A stretch of DNA of 53,648 bases, counting the filler, from Sluysia triapertura (Eukaryota), in assembly GCA_046118255.1 (NCBI GenBank). It is 4 parts of 4 records of this genome, joined end to end, with 100 filler letters (N's around TTAATTAATTAA, not from the genome) between each part and the next. Parts side by side here need not be neighbours in the genome. Positions count along the whole stretch, not along the records: positions 1 to 11,343 come from JBJNIA010185746.1; positions 11,444 to 23,664 come from JBJNIA010128074.1; 2 more parts are not named here. One strand, written 5' to 3'. Below, one piece after another: positions 1-12,436 of this stretch. The position numbers and the translations under genes were made by a program. Numbering within the stretch: the first letter of the stretch is position 1; every line of letters begins with the position of its first letter. The notes beneath the pieces were generated by a model. That model had not been told where the DNA came from, did no database searches, and saw only the letters and a program-made list of their open reading frames with translations.

Positions 1-794
1 ATCATTTCTTTTTATCTAACTAATAATAAAATAATTACAATAATAATAATATATTAATAGTGATAAAAATAATATTATGTCAGCAAATAAACTAATAAAA
101 AATAATATTATATCACCAAATAAACTAAAACAACCTTTGAGAGTCACAACAGGACAGCAATGATTTGTTCGGATCAAACAATAGTGATAGATAGGTTTAA
201 GATATTGATAGATCAAATAATATAATAACAATGAGCTAAATAAAAATTTAATATCTGAGAATAAAAATCTTCGTAATCCAAATTCAATATTGTTAAACAT
301 TGTTAAACCCCTCATTCCATGCACCTTTTGATTTATTGTCACATTGTGAATTTTTCTGACTTGTAATATTCCATTTGCTTTCATATAAGTTTAACAAAAC
401 AATAAAGTAATAATTATTACAATGAATTATTTGAAGTAAGAGTATGATGTCAGTGTCAAGTTAAATGTAAAAACGTCACTTGAACTTTTGACTCCATCCT
501 GTATCTGATTGTGAAGTCAAAAAGTTAGACTAATTAAGTAATTGTGTAGCGAAGAAATTATAATAATTATTATTATTATAATCGATTAATATGAAATAGT
601 ATATTGAACATCCAAACTTGTTTTATAGGTCGACATAAAACTTGCAATGAATCATTGTTATAAATGTTGTAAGTCGAAAAACCAAAATCAATATAATACT
701 AAATGGTAGTGGTAAAAATTCCCAGAATGAATGAGCACGAATAAATGCCTATATTACTGAAAAATAGTGATGATACTTGGTGTCCAACAACACT

Positions 795-1300
795 CAATAA
801 CACCAGGTACAATGTGTTAGCACCAAACATTTCAACAAAAGATACTATTGTAACTAATTAACTGCCAAATCTGGGCCGTACAACTTATCCAATGGCGGAC
901 ACGTTTTTTATTTCTGGGCAATTCTGGATTTTCTTGAATAGCATTATTCTTCTATGTGACGTTAAATTGATCGGAAAAGTCATATATATCTAATAATTCT
1001 TCTTCGTATAAACAATCGATGATCATTACGCCGGTTGTACCTGCTGCATAAGCAGCTAAAATAATAAAGGCAAATGCAACATGACTGCTTTGAGCAAGCG
1101 TGTACTGAACACCTAATATGCCGATTCCTTATTTTGTAACTTTTAGTTTCAGGAATACCACTTTATGTGCAAGTCGTTGACTGTAACCATATTCTAACCG
1201 CAACAGTAACAAAAGTTATGCAGTACTATTATTTACTCTAAGTACTCAGCTGCTTTGAATTAAATTTGAAACATTAAAACCTGCGATCAGAGCAGAATTA
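795..1300 (-). pseudogene. Vesicular GABA/inhibitory amino-acid transporter-like (SLC32/Aa_trans) pseudogene fragment
   Basis: Minus-strand translation gives NSALIAGFNVSNLIQ (~1255-1299), then GIGILGVQYTLAQSSHVAFAFIILAAYAAGTTGVMIIDCLYEE (from 1128), then KKRVRH and PRFGS*LVTIVSFVEMFGANTLYLVLLS. These parallel VGAT AGWNVTNAIQGMFVLGLPY...TGKILIACLYEE...RVR...GGRVVNVAQIIEL. There is an in-frame TAG at 952-954, a frameshift and further stops. Confidence 0.7.
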
Positions 1301-1676
1301 TTGCGATCACATGATTCGCCAGATGGACTCCGTAGTATTGGTATAAGGCTGCTCTATCAGTTCGTATTATGCAATACAATTAGCAATTTAAAAAGAAACT
1401 ATACATACGGTATTTGTGATGTAGAACCCATATTTTATCTGCACATAAATTATAAGTATTATTCATCCAGTTCAAAAGCGAGATTGTTACAAAATCAATA
1501 TTTTTTCATAAATTAATTAAGCTGATACTACAAGACTAAGTTTTATCTAATCATATCACTCTATCTTGAGAATAAAACTATTCAATGAAATAGTAATCAA
1601 AAGGAAATTACATAGCAAAAGTATAGTCACGTAATAGTAATAGAAAAAATGATAACAATAGTAATAAAAGAAAAGG

Positions 1677-1925
1677 TGTGGAGCTTCACACAATGTTGGT
1701 GTAGTTAGGTAGAGCGATATGGGCGGATTGAAATAATGTTAAATGATAATTATCATAATGTGAATATATTATATTCTATTTCAGTTAGGATATATTAGTG
1801 TAATATGTTTAAAGTGTGTTATATTTTGGGTGTTGTCATGTGTGTAAGATGTGGACAAGGTATACAGTGTATTGAATATTTGAGATTGAGTTTATTGAAG
1901 GTTCGTGAATGAGTTGAACACTACA
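1677..1925 (+). mobile_element. LTR-like repeat (TG...CA) preceded by a polypurine tract
   Basis: The purine run AAAAGAAAAGG (1666-1676) sits directly before TGTG. The body is G/T-rich and ends AGTTGAACACTACA, resembling the GGTTGRYCACCACA ends at 10718, 12436, 40854 and 43374. Confidence 0.4.
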
Positions 1926-3400
1926 ATTATTATTTTAAAATATGTTATTAAATTATTATTTTAATATGTTTTGTTAAATTGCTATTTTTGTTTTAATCCG
2001 ACCTCAAGGTCAGATTAAAACTACTATATATTGAAGATAAAAAATGCAAAATATCACTAACACGAGACGCAGGAGCAAATTTTAGATTTTAAATCTTTGG
2101 AGGAACGATTTTAAAGAACAATTTTGATTTTTAAATTTTTCGAGTTGGATCACATTAGCTTAATTGTTTTTTAAGGTAGGATATTCTTTGAATATCATAA
2201 GCAAAATATACGAAAAATCATTTTGTAAATTCTGGACCTTATAAAGGTCTATGGTAAAATCATTTTTTAATTTTTGAATTATAAACAAACTAATTACATT
2301 TAGTTTATTGTAAATTTTTTAATCTGTATTATAACCAATTGATAATTTATCCTATTTTTACATTTTTATTAATAAATTGTTTAATTTGTGTTTACTATTT
2401 ATTTTTATAGTCTTAAAATTTTAAAATCAATCGATTATACGTTTTCCCATACTAGAAGTTAACTCTAGTAAGTAAAATCTGTTTTTTCTGATCACATGTC
2501 ACGGGATTTACGTAAAATTACAATTTAGAATCATTACATTTAATATATAATTAACTTGATTTAAATCACTTAAGAAATTCACCTCCAGAATTTAGTTACT
2601 AGACAAGACCTATCTTTAAAGTAAAGCATTCTTTCTTGTATTAAAAAATCGAACTGGTAAGTCCAGTACGTTAGTGAACTCACGTAAATTTTAATTAACT
2701 CTATTCTACACTTCTCTCACACAATAGTGAATTTTACAATTCAAATGCAACAGTTAATAGTAAAGATTTTAAGAACAAAGTTACAACTATATCTTCTGAA
2801 TTAACATCATCGTTTGTTGTACTTGGTACAGATATGATCATAAGATATATCATGCAATTGAAAACAATACAAGAAATCGTATCACATCATTTATTGAATA
2901 TATTGAAAATTTTTGAAGATATCACAACGGACATACTAGAAAATGTAATTTTGTTACTATTAACTATTTTGTTGTTTTGTTATTTTTTCCTGTTAACAAA
3001 AAATACAATAACAAATTTTGTTCTAAAGTTATTTTTTTCTGTTATACAGGCTTTACGCCTATTTTGTTTAAGTGTTTTAAGTTAATTAAAGTTTTAAATG
3101 ATTTTAACAAAAAAAATTAAATTAATATTACTTTTTACGAGTTAAAACAATTATTGCCCTCCACACAGGGAAGTAATGTAAATAATGTAAATTATTATTG
3201 TGAAGAGGGCTTTTTATCTTTTATAATTTGTAATTTATGATTATTTCTTTTTTAATTTATATTAAAAAAAGGTTAAAATTTTACTTAATAAAAAACAATT
3301 AAAATTCAACTTTAAAACAATTAAAACAATAATAAATTTCTTAATTAATAAACTAGGCTAAAGCCTTTTACAAGTAACAATTTAAACGAAACAACAAAAT

Positions 3401-3900
3401 TTAAGAGTTTATTTGCAAAAAAATAATATTTGAAAAAACACATATAAAGTACTTTAAATGTCCACTTTTGATTATTTCGTTTGTATTACTTAAACTAGCG
3501 TAAATAAAAGGTGTTCTGAGACCGATGATTTTATTTTGAGGTTTTATAAGAGTTCGAGCAAAAACAATGTCAAGGTTATATCCTGTTAATAAGGATCCAG
3601 TTGAAACATGTTGTACTATTGATTTGACTAAACTATTCGCATTTCCTTTTATTATATTGGCAGAAGGAGCCACATAGCCCGGTTGAAGATGATTTAATAA
3701 ATTGTTAACTACATATGAATTAGTTTCGGTGGTGTTTGCTTTCATTGTTATGGAACATTCTGTATTGATATTATGTCCAAACAAAATTATGTTAATATTA
3801 CTGATATTATGTTCTACTTTTTCTAAGTTAGAAACAATTATGAAATTAAACTTACGAGTCCGCCTGTGAAAGATGTACTTACAGGAAATTTTTATAAAGT
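3401..3900 (-). CDS. Exon(s) of an unidentified protein, possibly decayed
   Basis: An open frame of more than 130 codons (KVEHNISNINIILFGHNINTECS...GSLLTGYNLDIVFARTLIKP) is preceded by a canonical 33-nt intron GTAAG...TTAG at 3823-3855. The upstream frame contains stops. No family recognised. Confidence 0.35.
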
Positions 3901-4390
3901 CAGAATGCTACGCAAGAGTTCCTTATACTTTGCAGTAATGAGAGTCTATATCAATGATCAAATAATTCTTAAATTAATTCAAATTTATCTTTTTCGGTTA
4001 TGAACGTTTAACAAATTAATAATTAGTTAACTCTTAATTTTAAATCTTTTCTCAATATCAAATTAATCTTTATGTTCATACCTTACTTAATCTTTTAAGT
4101 GATTCCTTTAAATAAACTTAAACAATAAAGAAAAGACCGAATTTTTATTAGAATAATAACTAAGTACAAGGTAAATAAATTATAGTATCAAATATAAACA
4201 ACAAATTAAATTATCAATTATAAAAAAATCAACAAATTTTAAAATAGATTTTGACTCAAGCTAATGCTTGAGTTTCAAAGGATCAAAGTAATTTAAATGT
4301 ATTTTAAGGCAAATATTATTGCTGCAAACTTAAAATAAATAGCATACTTATTATACATGGAATTTTCTTTGGATCTGCTATATGTCTGAA

Positions 4391-4508
4391 GGTATTCTCC
4401 GTAAATAAAGTTTTCCGAATAAGAGTTTCTACTGTCTGAGGCAATTAATGGTACTCTCCGTAAATAATGTTTTCCAAATAAGAATTTTCACTATCATAGA
4501 CGATTAAT
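4391..4508. repeat. Diverged tandem duplication, ~59-nt unit x2
   Basis: GGTATTCTCCGTAAATAAAGTTTTCCGAATAAGAG... is followed by GGTACTCTCCGTAAATAATGTTTTCCAAATAAGAA... Confidence 0.8.
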
Positions 4509-6269
4509 TCTCCAAAAATTGAGTCACGTTGTCTTTAGCTTTTGTTACGGTGATTTATATGTTATTATAATTATTATGTCATTATAATTATTATTATATG
4601 TTATTATAATTCCGTATGATATCTATGTCCTATATTTAAATTTAATATTATAAACATTTTATTTTCAAGTTTGATTTTCGAATATTTATTCACAATAATA
4701 TAAATATTTAAGGTTCAATTTTAAAGTTCAAAAAATAATTGACGAAAGTTTGAAATTCAAATTTTCGTATTTTATATTTTAAAGTCCAAAATTAATTAAT
4801 TTACAATTTCTTTAATTACAACATTATAAAATATTTTTGAAGTATTAATAAATTAATTATTTACAATTTTACATAATTTAATACATTTTTGATATATTTT
4901 AATACAATTTTTACATATTTTGCATAATTTAAATATTTACATAAGTGAGGAACAGAAACTTCGGTTTTGTTAATATGGCTGCTTAATTCAGTACTTATAT
5001 ACTAAATTTATAGCCACCATATTTGTTTTCTTTTCATATTCATATTGATTATTTTAAACAAAAATTAAAATATTATTTTTGATTATAAAACTTTAATAAG
5101 ATTTTAATTTCTTAAAATTTTAATAAAAATATTTATAATTTAATAAAATTTTAATTTATTTTATAATTTTATTTAGTTTATATTTAATTTATTTGATTTA
5201 GTTAATTTATAAAATATCTTTATAATAATTAATATAAATTTGAAATAAAAATATATAAAAATTCAAAATAATTTTAATAATAAAATAATAAAATAAACCC
5301 AAAAATTTAGTCAAATATATAGGATTTATAATCACAATTTTAGTCAATCAAATAGTCATTCTAGAATTGATAAGTTCAAATAATTATGATATAGAGAATA
5401 AAGTTGCGATTAAAACTTATTTTGATTGTTCAGAGTTTTGAATTTACAGTATTTAAAACACAATATGAATATGGGTAGTAGAATCCACCTGATTTTGCCA
5501 TTTCTAAATTTTAAAATTAAAATATTAAATCTAAATTTTCACAAATTAAGGGGTTAACAGCATACACTTACCTCAAAAAAATTAATCCATCTATTTTAAT
5601 CCTAAAATATAATAATGTTATAAATGTTACATTCTCATCGGATGTTCCATGTCGTAAAATAAATCCCAAATTAATAGTAAATTTCAAATCAACATATTTA
5701 TATCTCCATCTATAACCACTTAATATAATTAAGAATAATAAATATGTAAAAAAATTATAATTAAATAATAATCCTAACAATAATTATCACAATAATAATA
5801 AATTATTTTGTTGTCTGATTGTATAAAACATTATTTTTTAAACTTTACATTTGAAAAATAATTTGCTGAAATAAGGTATTGTTTCTACGCAAAATGTAAT
5901 TTAATTTTTGTTAAATAATAGCATTATTATTCATAAAACAATGCGAAATAAAATATTTCATTAAAAACTAAACTTAAACATTAAGTTTAAAACTTCTATT
6001 GCAACTTCAAGCTTAAGACTATACACAACATATATTAAATTTATAATTATTGCTTTTTAATAATTCATTAACGAACATATGTATTTTAATTAATTTTTTG
6101 TATTGTTTATTTATGCTAATGTTGAACGATATATTGATTATTTATTTTAAAATTATTAATCTTATATACTACTGTTTTAAATAATATTTTTAGTGTTAAA
6201 TCGAATTTCTATAAAATTATCGTTACATGGATTTAATATAATATTATTTTTTGGTGAATTTTAGATTAA

Positions 6270-6650
<381 letters not shown>

Positions 6651-9600
6651 TGATTTTTAAAAAGTTGTATTTAAAAATATTACGATTTTGTTTAGTGTCA
6701 TTTGAACTAAAATTTTACATTAATTCAATAGTTGTATGTGCAAAAAATTTAATGCTAAATGATGTTTAACGCTAAAATTGTGTATTTTTTATTTATTGCA
6801 ATTTTCAAAGTTAAAAGTTCGCTGCCGTTTCATTTTAATTCGTTTACTTAATAGTGCCTTATACTAAAAAATTCACTAAAAATCTAAGTTTAAGGAAAAG
6901 TTAAATATTAAAATAATCTAATTGTTTAAGAGCTTTATTTATCAAGTCGTTTGAGTACTTATTTTTCAGTAGATATTAGCACGATATAAATATATTAAAT
7001 AATTATACAAAAATTTAATGTCAATTTTAACAAAATTATTGATCCTCAATTATTGAATATCCGGCGAAGCTCTGAATTTTAGAATTCTTTATAAAACTAA
7101 TTTTTATAACCAATGAAATAAAGCTCTTGGCTCTTAACATTTGTGTATGGTTCTTTTAAATTTGTGATTAACTGCACAACTAACAGTGAATTATAAGATA
7201 CTAATTTCAATATTATAACAGCAATTATAACAATCATAAACAGATCTCAATTCTCTACATTTTTACCTTCAACTTTTCATATTTCTTTACACATACAGTA
7301 TCTTTCATTTTCAACAAGCTCATCTTTAATTTCAGAATCACTTTCAACAATAACGTCATCATAAACAAAATTCAATCGATCATGTTGATAAAGCATTTAA
7401 AACATTAAATTATAAGAGCCATTTTGATATATCTATATATTAACTTGAAAAATAAATGTGAAAAAACTTAAGACATATGAAATTTATAATCACAACAGTC
7501 ATTTACATTCAAAAATGTTTTTAATCGGAAAATGCTAAAACAGTAAATCAATATATCGATCAACACTATAAGCACAAACAAGCTGAATAAAAAAATTAAG
7601 TAGCGATCATAGATTAAAATATTAAACTCTAGTACTGTATGAGCAGAAGCGATTAGTTGTATTTTGAAATGATAATTTATGAAATATTTAATTTTTACGT
7701 TGTCCTTATCCATTCGTAGCAGTTGAGACAAGATTTCACTAGATTTTGCCATCATCTAAAATAAAATATTAATAACATTGATTTTATGGTTTTTTAATTA
7801 GGTCATTCAGGCCTTTAGGATAAAAATAAAAAAATTGATTATTTAAAAAACAAAAAATATACAAAAAGAATTTATACACATAAAATATCATTTCTTATTC
7901 ATTGTTCAACCTGTATTTGTAGTTAAAAATCGGAAGTTATTATTTACTCAATGTATATTATTTGTATATTATTATTAGATTCCGCAAAATGTTCTAATGA
8001 TATTAAAAAGGCAAAGAAAGAAAAGTAATATAACTCTGTTTAGTACAAATTTCAATCATGTAATTCATATCGTTAACGAATACTTAAACCTAGTAAGAAT
8101 AGATTTTAAATCGGTTTTTAGTTATGAACTTAGAGTTCATTTTAATTAGCGTCAACGAAATGAAAATCACAAGTAATAAAAAGAAAGTTACCTAAATCAA
8201 CCATAAGCAGACTAATGTCAAATAAGACTCCTTGTAATCTAACAATTCAATTTACATTGCACTCTAACCGAAGTCGTTCAAAATTTCACGCTCGATACTG
8301 TTCAACAGTTTATCAGATAAAACTAAAATATTCCTTAATTAATACCGATAGTGTTTTAACTATAAAAAGCTTAAAGTCTCAACACTATATAAATTAATTC
8401 CTGCTTATGGAAGAAATATGTATTAAGGATTTTGAAACTCATTACTCATGCCAATCATTCGTTCTTAGCCGAAAGAAATATTATTTCGCATTACACTCAC
8501 ATTACCATCAAGTTACGACATATAAATTAAAACTCTTCATGAAGTTACTTAAATCTCACAACGCCTCTAAGAACCAAACTATGAATCTTTGATTTTTCAG
8601 CGATAGTCAAAGTACCCTTAAAGTCAAATTAATGTTGAAATCATTTACAAACGAAAGACTTAACTTAGTATAAAAAGAAAAATAAGTGATATATTAACAA
8701 AATTGTAATGTACGTAAACCTAGGTTCAACGGTTTTCAATCACAATCCGGATCACAGTCTCATTCGATAGAAATTAGCATTATGCATCTGTTTGACAATT
8801 TAAGTGAGTACTCTATCATTTTTGATGTAACATTTTTGTATGCATTCATGATTTTTAGTAACATGTGTTTTAATGAGTTTTAGTTTCTTTGGTTTTCGAA
8901 AGGTAATCACTCTCCTACACCAAAATATGAATTTCGGTGTTTTTATATTTGTAACAATTAATCTAAGATCGTTCTTAAATTCAAATTAAGATCCAACACC
9001 GAATTCACATTGGCTCTAGAAATTGAAATAAATTCCTGCCATAAACTATTTGATGGTTATAATTATGTTTATGAAAAGCTAAATGTTTTAAATAAACTTT
9101 TATCAGTATACCTATAGATAGATCAGAGAAAGAATAACTTTTACTACTCAGAATACTTTTTTAAGTTTGTATTTAAATTTCGATTGACTTGAATAAGATT
9201 CTCACATATGACACAAACTATTAGACTAACGACATACAAAATATGTCATAGACAATTCTATCGAGGCCAAAGTTTGTAAGGTGATTTATAAGCATGCTAC
9301 GTTTGTGATCATGATGTATTTACATCATTCTATGGAAATACACTCCAAACAATTTAACGCTTGCAAACGTAATTCAAACGGTAGTTTTATATGTTAAGGT
9401 GTTGCCATTTTTCCTAAATCTTTAGGAATTCCTTATTATTCTTCTTGGCTCATGGACTGATTTCTGATGCTATTGACATTTTGACTTTTTTCATTTCATG
9501 ACATCCTTAAAATTAATTTAACATATTACCATCTCGAAAATGCGGTAAATACGTTTTTGTTTATTGGGCTACATGCGTACTAACAGCAAAAAATACTGGC

Positions 9601-9927
9601 AGATATTACATTAGTGTTCCAACAAAATTATTTTGTGCAGTTATGAAAAATAGACTAACTTAAACATTAAATTTCAATTTTTAAGTTATGTTGATTAAAA
9701 TATTTTTTTGAGATTGCTAATTACAGTTTACTACTTTATTGCTAATGTTTTATTTTTGTACTAAAATTCATTTAAAGTAAACCAATGGGGTTACTGTCAA
9801 TTCTAAATTGATCTTTTGTAAAAATTTTTTAACTAATCATAATTGTGCTGCATACTTATGGGTAAGTGTAAAGTGAATTTTACCCAACTGGCTAACTAAA
9901 TTTTGTATATTGATTTAACAATTCATG

Positions 9928-10070
9928 TTGATTGGATGGTCAATAGAAACAAATCTGTACAAAATTCATCAAAATACCATAATCATTCAGCAATTAGCAA
10001 CCATCAATGGTGGCAGGCGATAAATATCAGTATTAATGAGAGAAATGTCATCATTGACGGCATCATTTAT
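9928..10070. repeat. Hairpin module, copy A (homologous to 39907-40075)
   Basis: Inverted repeat CCATCAATGGTGGCA (10001-10015) / TGTCATCATTGACGG (10046-10060). The upstream TTGATTGGATGGTCAA resembles TTGATTGGTTGTCCAA in copy B. Confidence 0.6.
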
Positions 10071-10383
10071 TTAGCAATGATAGCAACATGATGTTAATCA
10101 ACCAAAGTGTTAAAATAACAATAAGATTAAAATTTAATAATAATAATAAATTAGAATAATAAAGTTAATAAGAAATAAAATAAGTAATAAAATAAAATAT
10201 ATAATAACAATATGAAATTATAAATAATAATAAATAATAAATAACAAAAATTTGTATATAAAATTCAATTTCTTTACTTTACTTATTTCTATTTCTGTTA
10301 CATAATTCTGTTCATATCATATCTTTTCCTCTTCAAAATCTTTTACGTTTCTTTAAATTCTAGTCATCTTTTTACAGAATTTA

Positions 10384-10718
10384 TGCAGCAATAAGAAAAG
10401 TAACGACATAGTTAAAGGTGATCAAAGAAATTCCGTTTTGATTACAATACTGTTTTGAGAATAATTTTTAAATGTAAATTTAATGTTTTTCAATAATAAT
10501 AATAATGATTTGAATGTGAAAGATTTGTGAACTTGTGATGTTTTGAATTACTTTAAAATGATTTTCGATGTTGAATAAAACTTCAATGTTATGAAATTGT
10601 GAATTTAAACTGTTTTAGAGTATCTAAAATTTTGAGCAATCTGTACAATTAAAATGTTAAATGTTATAGAATGTGATGTTGAAATTTGAAATTTCAAGTG
10701 ATAAGGTTGGCCACCACA
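10384..10718 (+). mobile_element. LTR-like repeat (left boundary uncertain)
   Basis: G/T-rich tract ending GGTTGGCCACCACA (10705-10718), the same terminus as at 12423-12436 and 40841-40854. Confidence 0.5.
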
Positions 10719-10719
10719 C

Positions 10720-11343
10720 TTTTCAAACATTGATATTGAAAAGCTGAGCACAGACTTATCGAGCAAGTTTGAAAAAGAAACAAATTTTACAGCAATTAAT
10801 ACACCAGAATATTATCATTTTATTTAAACAAGCATGCATCTTTAAAATGTAAAAATGTTCTTGTAAAATTTTGGTTTCATTATGAGATTATTGAGTTACG
10901 AAGAATAAAGCGTTGCAAAAAAAAGAAATGGAGAAGTAAAATAACTGATGAAACAAAGAATGAATACATAAAATCTCGCAATATACTATTTCAAGCTATT
11001 AAAAAGCAAAAAGTGGATTTTTATAATAAGCCAATAAATCAACCATTAAAGGTATTTATAAATTATTAAATAAATTGTTTGGTAAACAAAACGACTTTTT
11101 AAAATTTTTTGTATCGAAAGTTGAAAATACACGAAAGAGTATTAATAGATCAAACATTAAATTAGAAATGCAAAAGAAGAAGAACATAAATGAATTTGAA
11201 TTCAAGAAAATTAGTGAGGATGATTTAATGCAAATTGTGTCGGAAATGTCAAAAACAAGTTCTATCGACCCAATACCAACTAAACTTATCAAAAATAATT
11301 CAATTTTGACTAAAGTTATTCCGATTTTATTGAAAATTATTAA
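10720..11343 (+). mobile_element. Non-LTR retrotransposon (CR1/L2-type) ORF2 relic, region between endonuclease and RT
   Basis: Frameshifted translation LNKHASLK...WFHYEIIELRRIKR..KKWR...YIKSRN...IKKQKVDFYN...FFVSKVENTR...FKKISEDDL..IVSEM.KTSSIDPIPTKLIK, typical of CR1/L2 ORF2. It is truncated by the contig end. Confidence 0.8.
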
Positions 11344-11443
11344 NNNNNNNNNNNNNNNNNNNNNNNNNNNNNNNNNNNNNNNNNNNNTTAATTAATTAAN
11401 NNNNNNNNNNNNNNNNNNNNNNNNNNNNNNNNNNNNNNNNNNN
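11344..11443. other. Artificial contig-joining linker
   Basis: N44 + TTAATTAATTAA (stops in all six frames) + N44. Confidence 0.97.
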
Positions 11444-11662
11444 ATACCATTAATAATAGATAAAGTGATCCGAAAAAAGCCATACCGAATACCGATATGT
11501 AATCAAAAGGAGATGCAAGAACAAATAGACACAATGAAAGAAGCCGGTGTAATAAGACAGAGCTTCTCACCTTTCTCATCTCCAGTTTTACTAGTTAAGA
11601 AAAAAGACGGCACAATGCGGTTTTGCATAGATTTTAGAGAGCTAAATAAGAAAACAAGATAA
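11444..11662 (+). mobile_element. Ty3/gypsy reverse transcriptase N-terminal fragment
   Basis: KPYRIP...[44 protein letters not shown] is the canonical gypsy RT start. It is truncated by a stop. Confidence 0.92.
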
Positions 11663-12110
11663 AGACACAATAAAATAACAGAAAAATTTTCTTTAGTTAA
11701 TAATCAAGTTTCAGCTCTTCTAATTTGATAAGATCGTTCCATGAATTCCAAATAATTAATTTTGCTTTAAGTTTTTAAACATTTTACTTTATATAGGAAG
11801 TGCAAAATCACACGTAAACTATTTTTATTTTTATGCAACACCTTACACGGATTGCGAAAAATCAACTTAACATTAACGCACTTACCAACCGAGGTTGAGT
11901 AGGTAATTAAATTACTATCGTTATTATAATTAACCTTCTATATTGTTAATTTACTTTTACTGTAAGTTTATCGTTAATATTAATACACCTTATGTAGTAA
12001 TTTCATTTCGAATAATTAATTTAAAATTCATTTTCTAAAGCAACACTTTAATACGGTTTGCGTAATTTGTAAAATATAAAGCTTTATTTGAACAACACCT
12101 AGTAAAGGGT

Positions 12111-12436
12111 TGTAGCACGAAGTAATTAAGAAGTTAATATTTGAGATAAACTCTAAGTGAAAAGTTGGTTAAATTTAATAAAATTAAGAAAACCTAACAG
12201 TACGTCTCCAATAGTGATATATATTAGGTGGACCGAATTCTCAGATAATTTGCAGTGAATAAGTTTAAGTTTAAGAAAACACTAGCATGTTTATGGTATA
12301 TTGTTGAAGGGTATAATTTTAGTTGTGATATATTAGTTTTTTACAAAATTTAAGAAAAATGTGTGATGTATTTTTTAAAGATTTGTAGAATTGGGTTTTT
12401 GTAAAATTGGTTAAGGTTATTAGGTTGACCACCACA
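12111..12436 (+). mobile_element. Probable 3' LTR downstream of the gypsy RT fragment
   Basis: Purine-rich AGTAAAGGG precedes TGTAGC (12111). The segment ends GGTTGACCACCACA (12436), giving TG...CA termini. Confidence 0.55.

Noticed and set aside
2132-2151. 20-nt exact match to 51500-51519 (TAAATTTTTCGAGTTGGATC)
   Set aside because: Probably part of an interspersed repeat, but boundaries could not be defined.
8500-8780. RNase H-like FFSDSQSTLK
   Set aside because: Single short motif; the other catalytic motifs are not convincingly readable.
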